Of a DNA stretch of 41,236 nucleotides, positions 34,371 through 41,236 are shown in pieces. The notes beneath the pieces are model-generated. The model was not told the origin of the DNA, ran no database searches, and was given only the letters and a program-made list of their open reading frames with translations. The stretch covers positions 1-41,236 of IMG/VR virus record IMGVR_UViG_3300031949_000084, one strand, 5' to 3'. The DNA is from a virus (Duplodnaviria > Caudoviricetes). Numbering within the stretch: position 1 is the first letter of the stretch; the number at the start of each line of letters is the position of its first letter. The position numbers and the translations under genes are program-made.

Positions 34371-34384
34371 ATGCGCCGTCCACG

Positions 34385-34801
34385 ATGGCTCAGGGCTTTG
34401 CCTGGATGGCCCTGGCGGAGGCGGTCGAAGTGTCCGCACGACTGGGTGTTTCTGAAGCAACGCCAAGTGAGCCAGGACATAGTCGAGTGCCTCCAGTGCT
34501 GGGACTGGATAGCGATACCGCATCAGAAGCCGCCTTCGCCGCCGTCGCCTGCCGCTCGGAGTTCTCGTGGGACTGTTCGTGGGCAATCGCCACCGTACTC
34601 TGTGAATCCGGATTTGCTCCCCGCGCCCACGGACATGAATGGTACCGAGGAGTCTACTACCACTTCCTCGGATGGTGGCAGATCGCCGTGACGACGCACG
34701 AGGGGAACGACTGGCTGTACGACATGTACGCGAACACGGTCGAAGCGCACTTGAAGTACGCTGCGAGTGGGACGGCCCCGTGGCCGGTGTGCGGACATTG
34801 A
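34385..34801 (+). CDS. Lytic transglycosylase/lysozyme-like protein (true start possibly near 34127)
   Basis: CESGF.P.A, G.WQI, L.D...N...A...Y...G..PW..C; the frame stays open upstream into a signal-peptide-like segment. Confidence 0.7.
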   Translation: MAQGFAWMALAEAVEVSARLGVSEATPSEPGHSRVPPVLGLDSDTASEAAFAAVACRSEFSWDCSWAIATVLCESGFAPRAHGHEWYRGVYYHFLGWWQIAVTTHEGNDWLYDMYANTVEAHLKYAASGTAPWPVCGH

Positions 34802-34840
34802 GTAAAAAGGAGATGAGTTCAGAAAGGGGAACCTGAGGAA

Positions 34841-35836
34841 ATGTTGTATATCGGATTGATAATCATGACAATTGTACTAGCGGTACTGGCGAAGGTCATC
34901 GGGGACTTCATAGAGAAGGCAGCTGTCGCGGATAAAGATGAAGTCGCTCAGAGAATGGTGAACTGGATTGCGCGAGGCGTGATCATCGCTTGCGCTGTCT
35001 TCGTTGGAGGACTGACGCTCGGATCGACGCTGCGCACTGTCCCTGCTGGACACGTCGGCCTCGTCTACACGTTCGGGGACATTACGGGCCAGCGTGACGC
35101 AGGGCTCAACATCATCTGGCCCTGGCAGGGATTCCGGACGGCGACGATCCAGGTGCAGACCCTCTGCTTCATGGATGAGACAGAGACGAACAAATGCCCG
35201 AACGGCTCGCGGAAGGTGAGCGCGGGCCTCGACTCGTTCAGCTCAGAGACGCAGAATGTCTACATCGACGCCGTCGTCAACATCGAGGTAGCGCCCGCAG
35301 AAGTACAGGACTTGTACCGGCGCGTCGGGCCGGAGTATGTAGACAAGCTCCTGCCTGGACGTGTCGCCCAAATCTTCAAAGACGAGACCGTCAATTACAC
35401 AGCGGTCAATCTCGCACCGAGCCGTGAGACGATCCGTGTGAACGTCGAACGTGCGCTTCGCATCGAGCTTGCGCCGTACTCTATCGACGTGGTCGCGCTG
35501 CTGGTCGAGAACATCCAGTTTGATGGTGAGTTTGAGGCGTCCATCCTCGCGAAGCAGGTCGCGAGTCAGGAGGCGCTCAAGCAACAGGAGCTTGTCGCTG
35601 CGCGCGAAGCTGAGGCTCGTCAGCTTGCGGCGTCTGCGCAGGGGCAGGCTGACAAGCTGCGTATCGAGGCGGAGGGCCAGGCGGACGCGAACCGTCTAAT
35701 CACAGAGTCGATTACGCCACTTCTCATCCAGTGGCAGGCGATCCAGAAGCTCGCCGATAACATCCAGATCGCCCTCATCCCGAGCGGGCAGGGGATCATC
35801 ATCGACCCCGCAACGCTGCTGAAGATGCCGGAATGA
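34841..35836 (+). CDS. SPFH/band 7 (prohibitin-like) membrane protein
   Basis: Two TM helices, VPAGHVGLV..FG, AGL....PW, EA-rich coiled coil. Confidence 0.92.
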   Translation: MLYIGLIIMTIVLAVLAKVIGDFIEKAAVADKDEVAQRMVNWIARGVIIACAVFVGGLTLGSTLRTVPAGHVGLVYTFGDITGQRDAGLNIIWPWQGFRTATIQVQTLCFMDETETNKCPNGSRKVSAGLDSFSSETQNVYIDAVVNIEVAPAEVQDLYRRVGPEYVDKLLPGRVAQIFKDETVNYTAVNLAPSRETIRVNVERALRIELAPYSIDVVALLVENIQFDGEFEASILAKQVASQEALKQQELVAAREAEARQLAASAQGQADKLRIEAEGQADANRLITESITPLLIQWQAIQKLADNIQIALIPSGQGIIIDPATLLKMPE

Positions 35837-36102
35837 CAATCGATCAGAACATCGTCCAGGCTATCGTTACGTTGAGCAAGGGGAATCCTGGAGCGATAAC
35901 AGTCGCGACTACTTTGTACGAGACATGCGGGGAAGGGCCTCTTATTGCGCTGGGCGAGCTGGGAATTGTCGGTCTCGATATTTGGCTGTTCTTCAAGGAC
36001 TGCTGCGGCACGGACATTGTTGCGATGGCTGACGCGCTTCTTCAAGGAAGGGCCGTAACGATGCTGGAGAAGTGCGTGGACTCCTCGTTCTACAAGCCAT
36101 GA
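35833..36102 (+). CDS. Conserved hypothetical phage protein
   Basis: LSKGNPGAI...LGIVG.DIW.FFKD.C motif. Confidence 0.8.
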   Translation: MTIDQNIVQAIVTLSKGNPGAITVATTLYETCGEGPLIALGELGIVGLDIWLFFKDCCGTDIVAMADALLQGRAVTMLEKCVDSSFYKP

Positions 36103-36557
36103 CCTGGCTACAGTATCATCCCGAGCCGGTCACGCTCCACAGCGGGGGACGCTCGCATTGGCGCATCAACGCCGATGCAATTTTCCATGATCAAGCCTTG
36201 CGTGCCTCCGTGCTGCGCGCCTGGAGGAAGGTTGTCGGATACCAGTCGGTTCACAACATCATCATCGCGATCCCTGAGGGCGGCATTCGCTGGGCCGAGG
36301 CGCTGGCTTCCGTTGGAAATCTTGGCTGGTCGAGTAAGGTTTATGTCCTGCGTGAAGAGTGGGCAGGAAAGTACATGCACCCAGGGAAAGAAGAGCGGCT
36401 CATCGTTGTCGATGACGTAGCAACGACCGGCGCATCGCTTGTGGCGCTCGTTCCCCACGCAGACGTTCGCCTCTGCGTCGTAGATCGCTCCGAGCATGGG
36501 CTTGGCACGGTGCACGCCTGGGCGTATATACCGCTACCGCTGTTGGAAGATGGCTAG
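36099..36557 (+). CDS. Type I phosphoribosyltransferase (orotate PRTase-like)
   Basis: TLHSG..S.W.I.AD, IPEGG, IVVDDVATTGAS, VVDRS. Confidence 0.85.
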   Translation: MTWLQYHPEPVTLHSGGRSHWRINADAIFHDQALRASVLRAWRKVVGYQSVHNIIIAIPEGGIRWAEALASVGNLGWSSKVYVLREEWAGKYMHPGKEERLIVVDDVATTGASLVALVPHADVRLCVVDRSEHGLGTVHAWAYIPLPLLEDG

Positions 36558-36709
36558 TGGATATCTGGCAAGTCATCTTTGTGGTATGGATGGGCCTCGG
36601 CTTGGCCCTTGGCATCGTCGGACTCACGCACCGAGGAAATCCGCATTTCGTTGGCCGTTGGTTAGCGCACCGTCGCGCGGGCCATCGGCATGGGCGGCGC
36701 AAACGATGA
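36557..36709 (+). CDS. Small membrane protein with basic tail (50 aa)
   Basis: Manual translation MDIWQVIFVVWMGLGLALGIVGL...RRKR; coupled on both sides. Confidence 0.6.
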   Translation: MDIWQVIFVVWMGLGLALGIVGLTHRGNPHFVGRWLAHRRAGHRHGRRKR

Positions 36710-37155
36710 TCACCGGAATTCGCCTCGCCATCCGACGCCTCGCAGAGCGTCACCCCGAGCTGACGCAAGCCTGTGTCGCCCGTGTCCTCGGCGTCAGCCG
36801 TGAGACCGTCAGCTACATGGCCCGCGAGGAGGGCCTGCGCTTCCGCCCGCATCGCCAGCCGAACGTCCTCATCTCCTGGCCCTGCCCTGGCTGCGACGGC
36901 GAAGCTCAGGTTCAGGTACAGACGAAGATGCTGCGTGTGAAGCGGACGGCCTACTGTCGTCGCTGTGCGCTCGTGAGATTCACCTGCCGAACGTGCGGAA
37001 CCGAGCGAACCCGCGCTGAGCGCGGGATAAGGTGGCTCTCCGGACAGTGTCGCCGGTGCAACGCCATCCGTGTCCGCGAGGACAAGGCTCGCCAGCGGCG
37101 TGCGGCGGGAGCAGCGGAGCGACCCCAAAACGGCCCTAAAAGGAAGTACATCTAG
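36706..37155 (+). CDS. HTH plus multi-Zn-ribbon protein
   Basis: LTQACVARVLGVSRETVS; CPGC, CRRC, CRTC, CRRC. Confidence 0.7.
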   Translation: MITGIRLAIRRLAERHPELTQACVARVLGVSRETVSYMAREEGLRFRPHRQPNVLISWPCPGCDGEAQVQVQTKMLRVKRTAYCRRCALVRFTCRTCGTERTRAERGIRWLSGQCRRCNAIRVREDKARQRRAAGAAERPQNGPKRKYI

Positions 37156-37220
37156 CAGCGAATTTCGCCGAACTCAGAGACTTCTATCGGCTTTTCACCT
37201 CCCACGCGCCCTTGAGGCCC

Positions 37221-37248
37221 TTTACGGATAACCCCTTGGGGTTATAAT
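37221..37248 (+). promoter_or_regulatory. Promoter of the packaging/late operon
   Basis: TTTACG-N16-TATAAT. Confidence 0.65.
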
Positions 37249-37257
37249 AGGGGCGAG

Positions 37258-37722
37258 ATGGCTCGCCACCCCAACAAAAAGGATCGCAACCTGATGCGTC
37301 TCGCCGAGCGGCGAAGGCGCGTTATGGAGCTTCGCATTGCAGGCTGGACATACGACAAGATCGGCAAGGCGTTCGATGTGACGCCGATGACCATCTGCAA
37401 TGACGTTCATGCCGAGCTGGCCCGCGCGGAGCGGGAACGTGGGGCGAACGTCGCGGAGTATCGGCGAATTCAGATGGAGAGGATCGACCGAGCCATCGCG
37501 AAGATCTGGCCTAGCGTAGCCCAGGGAGAGTATGAGGCAGTTGATCGCCTCGTCAAGCTGATGGAGCGCGAAGCGAAGCTACTCGGCCTGGACGCTCCTG
37601 CGCGCATCGACATTCGCGCGAAGCTCGTCGCGCTGGCCGAGGCCGAAGGCTGGGCGGCGGACGAGGTCGTCGCCACGGGCGCTCAGGTAGTGCACCTTCT
37701 CGAAGCTCGGAGTGGAAGCTGA
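37258..37722 (+). CDS. Probable terminase small subunit (HTH)
   Basis: RRRRVMELRIAGWTYDKIG, ERID...IW, MEREAKLLGLDAP; upstream of terL. Confidence 0.75.
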   Translation: MARHPNKKDRNLMRLAERRRRVMELRIAGWTYDKIGKAFDVTPMTICNDVHAELARAERERGANVAEYRRIQMERIDRAIAKIWPSVAQGEYEAVDRLVKLMEREAKLLGLDAPARIDIRAKLVALAEAEGWAADEVVATGAQVVHLLEARSGS

Positions 37723-38195
37723 TGCCGAAGCTCTACCGGCGCTCCTGTGATGGTTGCGGTCAGGCCTACGAGGGGCGCAGTCCGTTCTTCTGCGGGAAGG
37801 CCTGCGCCAAGCGAGCTTACTGGAAGAAGGACGTTGTACCAAAAGTACAACGTCCTACAACGTCCATAGATGGGGACGTTGTATACAACGTCCCTGAAAG
37901 TACAACGTCCTCCGAAAGTACAACGTCCTCACCAGCGCCAGATGTAACGCCTTCACCTGAGCCCGAACTCGTCGGCACCGGCCCTTACTGGTGCGTCAAC
38001 TGCGGCTCCGGCTCTCCCGACCCTGGCTACTGTTGCGGCGTGGCGCGTGTCTTCTGGGCTGACCAGGCGCGGGAGATCGTTCCCTCGAAGGCGGGCGATG
38101 TTGAGGCTTATCTCGCGAAGATGGATGAGCTCGGTGATGAGCCGACGCCTCCGAACATCACGAGCATCAGCGATGCCCGAGCGAAGTACGGATGA
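37722..38195 (+). CDS. Hypothetical Zn-binding protein containing a DNA repeat array
   Basis: CDGCG...FCGKAC and CVNCG...CC; TGATG coupling. Confidence 0.6.
   Translation: MPKLYRRSCDGCGQAYEGRSPFFCGKACAKRAYWKKDVVPKVQRPTTSIDGDVVYNVPESTTSSESTTSSPAPDVTPSPEPELVGTGPYWCVNCGSGSPDPGYCCGVARVFWADQAREIVPSKAGDVEAYLAKMDELGDEPTPPNITSISDARAKYG
37829..37928. repeat. Seven copies of TACAACGTCC (5 direct, 2 inverted)
   Basis: Direct at 37846, 37856, 37884, 37901, 37919; inverted at 37829, 37874. Confidence 0.95.
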
Positions 38196-38386
38196 GCTCT
38201 CTTCTCGGTGTGACAAGCCAGAGTATGCGGCGTCGTATCCACCGTGTTGAGAAGACGTCGTGGGGTTTCAGGGGCAAGTGCTATGCTCATGTCGGGGTAA
38301 CCCCTCGGCAAGAGACGTTCCAGCAGCTTATCGATCTTGGCTACAAACCTTGCCTGTCCTGCTTCCCTAACGGGATCGCAGCATGA
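38192..38386 (+). CDS. Small hypothetical protein
   Basis: ATGA coupling on both sides; H...C...GYKPCLSCFP. Confidence 0.65.
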   Translation: MSSLLGVTSQSMRRRIHRVEKTSWGFRGKCYAHVGVTPRQETFQQLIDLGYKPCLSCFPNGIAA

Positions 38387-39981
38387 CCATCTTCGTAGAT
38401 CGTCACGCGGAGGATGCTGTCCTCGCCGAGGTGCGGAGGCGGATGAGTGCGCGGCGCGACGAACGTGGGGCTGTCGGGGGAACGCTAGCCGCCTGCGAGC
38501 AGTCGTTCCTCGCGTTCCTGCCTTACTGGCGCTTTGTCAACCGAGAGAGCGGGGGCATTGTCAATTTCGGCAACCCCGAGACGGGCGAGCTCCATATCTG
38601 GCAAGGGCAATTGGACTTCGCCGAGGAGATGATGCGCATCTCCTGGATCTACGCGCTCAAGGCGGGGAAGCTCGGCTTCAGCGAGGTCGAGTGCGCCTAC
38701 GACGGCTGGCGGTTGCGCTTCGGCGCGCCAAACACTCGTGTCCATATCTTCAGTAACATAGGCCCGAGCGCGCAGGAGTTTCTTGACATCGTCCGCTTCG
38801 GTCTGCTTCATCTGCCCGCGTGGATGCAGCTTCCGCTGCTGAGTGAGGAGCGCGGCGGCGATACCGGCCATTCGCTTAAGCTCTACGGTGGGCCGGAGGA
38901 CACGAGGCGGGCGGTTGCCTACAGCAGCGGGAAGAACGTCAGCATCGACCAAAGCTGCCAGCATCTGCACTTCGATGAGTTCGCTCACATGGAGCATCCC
39001 GAGATTACCTGGAACGCAGCGCGGACGACTATCGCGCCCGATGGAACCTGTCATATCGTAACGCGCGGAGCGGGTGAGAGCGGCTACGCAGCCGAGCTTT
39101 GGCGCGCGGCGGAGAGCGGGAGCTCGCAGCTGAAGCCGTTCTTCCGCCCATGGGACGCTCGGCCCGACCGCGACGAGCGCTGGTACGCTGAGCAGGAGGG
39201 AGACCTGACGCGGCGTGGCCTCTACTTCTTCGCCCCGCGTACGGCAGCGGAGGCGCTCGCGGGTGACGAGGAGAATGAGTTCATCCCCATTGAGCTCTGG
39301 GATAGCTGCGCCGAGCCCGCGCTCGCCCGCCTCGCCCCAGGCTCGTCGGAGGTGGTCGTTCTCGGCGTGGACGCGGGCATCAAGAACGACTGCTCCGGCG
39401 CGGTGCTCGTTACACGCCATCCTGAGCGGCACGATGACGTGGCCGTGCGCGGCGTTCGCCTCTGGACGCCTCCGGCGGGCGGGGAAGTCGATCTCGATGA
39501 GGTAGAGTCCTTCATCAAGGCTTGCTGCTTGCCGAAGGGCGGTTGCGCGGCGGGCCACTATGCGGAAGACCGCGAGCGCGTGCCCGAGCCGGTATTCACG
39601 GTCACCTGCCCCGCCTGTCATCCGCCCGAGGGGGTTGAGCTTATCCTTGATCCCCCATTCTCGGTATATGAGGTGACGTATGACCCTTGGCAGATGGAGA
39701 ACAGTGCGCAGCGGCTGCGTAAGCTCGGGATCAACATGCAGCCGTTTCAACAGCAGAAGGAGCGCGCCATCGCCGACAGCGAGCTGCGTGACTTAATCAT
39801 CAACCGGCGCATCGCTCACAGGGGCAACCCGCACTTGCGCGAGCATATCGGTAACGCGGCGGCTGAGATCGACCGCGAAGAGCGTAAGATCCGTATCAAG
39901 AAGAAGGCCCCACACCGGAAGGTAGACCTGGCCGTCGCTTTGAGTATGTCCGCGAGACGCTCGCTCGTATTGTATCTGTGA
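38383..39981 (+). CDS. terL: Terminase large subunit
   Basis: LKAGKLGFS (Walker A variant), HFDEFA, LGVDAG..ND, YDPWQ, KVDLAVALSM. Confidence 0.92.
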   Translation: MTIFVDRHAEDAVLAEVRRRMSARRDERGAVGGTLAACEQSFLAFLPYWRFVNRESGGIVNFGNPETGELHIWQGQLDFAEEMMRISWIYALKAGKLGFSEVECAYDGWRLRFGAPNTRVHIFSNIGPSAQEFLDIVRFGLLHLPAWMQLPLLSEERGGDTGHSLKLYGGPEDTRRAVAYSSGKNVSIDQSCQHLHFDEFAHMEHPEITWNAARTTIAPDGTCHIVTRGAGESGYAAELWRAAESGSSQLKPFFRPWDARPDRDERWYAEQEGDLTRRGLYFFAPRTAAEALAGDEENEFIPIELWDSCAEPALARLAPGSSEVVVLGVDAGIKNDCSGAVLVTRHPERHDDVAVRGVRLWTPPAGGEVDLDEVESFIKACCLPKGGCAAGHYAEDRERVPEPVFTVTCPACHPPEGVELILDPPFSVYEVTYDPWQMENSAQRLRKLGINMQPFQQQKERAIADSELRDLIINRRIAHRGNPHLREHIGNAAAEIDREERKIRIKKKAPHRKVDLAVALSMSARRSLVLYL

Positions 39982-40017
39982 CCCCCCCCCTGAGCTCGGC
40001 TGCAAGGAGGTATAGTG

Positions 40018-41236
40018 ATGGTGATGGGGAACGGCTCCGGCGCAGACAAGCAGCTAGACGAGCGAGCGCTCGCCGCGAGCGTCATCGATACGCCGCCCGC
40101 TATCCCTGGCGCGTCGCCTACGAGCTCTCCACTGCTCTGGTTCGTCTCTCAGGTCGCCGACGAGATTCCCGCCTGGGGCACCACGCCGAAGCTCCGCGAC
40201 ATGCACCTGCGGCGGTTCATCGGGCAGGAGTCGCTTTTCACGAGCGCCCTCGGCATCGTCGCGGCGCGGAATAGCGGATTTCGCTGGACGATCAACGGCC
40301 CTCCGAGCACGATTCAGGTCACAAAGAACATCCTTGACAACGCCGACCAGGGGCGCGGCTTCGAGCACATGGTGCGTAAGCTCACGATTGACTTGGCTAC
40401 TCAGGATAATGGCGCGTTCATGGAGATAGCGCGGGCGGGCCAGTCGCCTGAGTCTCCCCTCGTCGCGCTCAATCACCTGGACGCCGCGCGCTGCTGGCAC
40501 ACGGGCGACCCGATGCAGCCTGTGCTCTACCTCGACCGGCTCAACCGCTATCACCTGCTCGACTGGTGGAACGTTGTCGAGCTCTCCGAGATACCCACGC
40601 CCATTGAGGGATTTTACGGCCAGCAGTATTGCGCGTTGACGAGGCTCCTGCTCGCGGCGCAGGTGCTGCGGAACATCGCGATCTATAAGCAAGAGAAGAC
40701 CGGCGGACGGCACAACCGCGCGATTCACCTGATCGGCGGTATCACGAAGCTGGAGATCGAGAGCGCGATCCAGCAATACCAGACCTTCGCCGACGCTCGC
40801 GGGCTTACGCGCTACACGAACCCCATCATGATCGGCGCTGCCGATCCAAAGGCCAACATCAGCAAGGAGACCATCGAACTCGCCAGCCTGCCCGACGACT
40901 TCGACGAGGAGAAGACGTTCAAGTGGTACATCGCGCAGATGGCGATGGCGTTCCTCACGGACTATCAGGAGTTCGCTCCGCTCCCTGGTGGCGGGCTCGG
41001 GACGGCGACGCAGAGCCAAATGCTCAACATGAAGACGCGCGGCAAGGGGCCTGCGCTGTTCATGGGGCTGATGCAGCGGGCGCTCAATGCCTACGCTCTT
41101 CCGAGCAACGTCGAGTTCACCTACGAAGAGCAGGACATCGAGGCAGAAGAGCAGGAGGCGCAGATCAGGAAGACTCGCGTGGAGACGCGCAAGATGCAGG
41201 TCGAGATCGGGGAAATCACGCCTGAGGAGTCGCGAC
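40018..41236 (+). CDS. Portal protein, 3'-truncated (absent from the ORF track)
   Basis: AAGGAGG RBS; frame open to the window end (MVMGNGSG...IPAWGT..RD..LR.F...D..TQDNGAFMEI...HLD..RC..TGDP..PV.Y); directly follows terL. Confidence 0.85.
   Translation, partial: MVMGNGSGADKQLDERALAASVIDTPPAIPGASPTSSPLLWFVSQVADEIPAWGTTPKLRDMHLRRFIGQESLFTSALGIVAARNSGFRWTINGPPSTIQVTKNILDNADQGRGFEHMVRKLTIDLATQDNGAFMEIARAGQSPESPLVALNHLDAARCWHTGDPMQPVLYLDRLNRYHLLDWWNVVELSEIPTPIEGFYGQQYCALTRLLLAAQVLRNIAIYKQEKTGGRHNRAIHLIGGITKLEIESAIQQYQTFADARGLTRYTNPIMIGAADPKANISKETIELASLPDDFDEEKTFKWYIAQMAMAFLTDYQEFAPLPGGGLGTATQSQMLNMKTRGKGPALFMGLMQRALNAYALPSNVEFTYEEQDIEAEEQEAQIRKTRVETRKMQVEIGEITPEESR

Noticed and set aside
37829-37928. 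Repeat cluster as a mini-CRISPR array
   Set aside because: Units are 10 bp in mixed orientation with 0-8 bp gaps and no spacers.
39982-39990. C9 homopolymer between terL and portal as a phase-variation tract
   Set aside because: Intergenic and outside the RBS or any promoter; no evident consequence.

Overview
This window is most of the genome of a GC-rich tailed dsDNA phage. It runs from the end of the virion/tail genes, through a leftward early/accessory arm and a leftward thymidine-hypermodification operon, past a divergent control region near 16.8 kb, then through rightward replication genes (SNF2 and DnaB-like helicases, primase, SSB, PolA, RecA, RuvC-like resolvase), lysis-related genes, terminase and the start of the portal. 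A flexitail-like secreted protein suggests a Chloroflexota (Dehalococcoidia-like) host. No integrase, tRNA or CRISPR array was seen. Main highlights: (1) two tandem type II hammerhead ribozymes on the minus strand bracket one small early ORF and would excise a 244-nt RNA whose joined ends rebuild a hammerhead, a candidate circular mRNA; (2) a 5-hmdU hypermodification operon carries an unusual SAM methyltransferase plus Cys-phosphatase pair; (3) several long-stem structured RNAs and short antisense RNAs sit behind a shared TTTAC-N16-18-TAnnnT promoter; (4) a 10-bp motif occurs 7 times between terS and terL. All calls come from motif recognition and manual base-pairing, with no database search or folding software.
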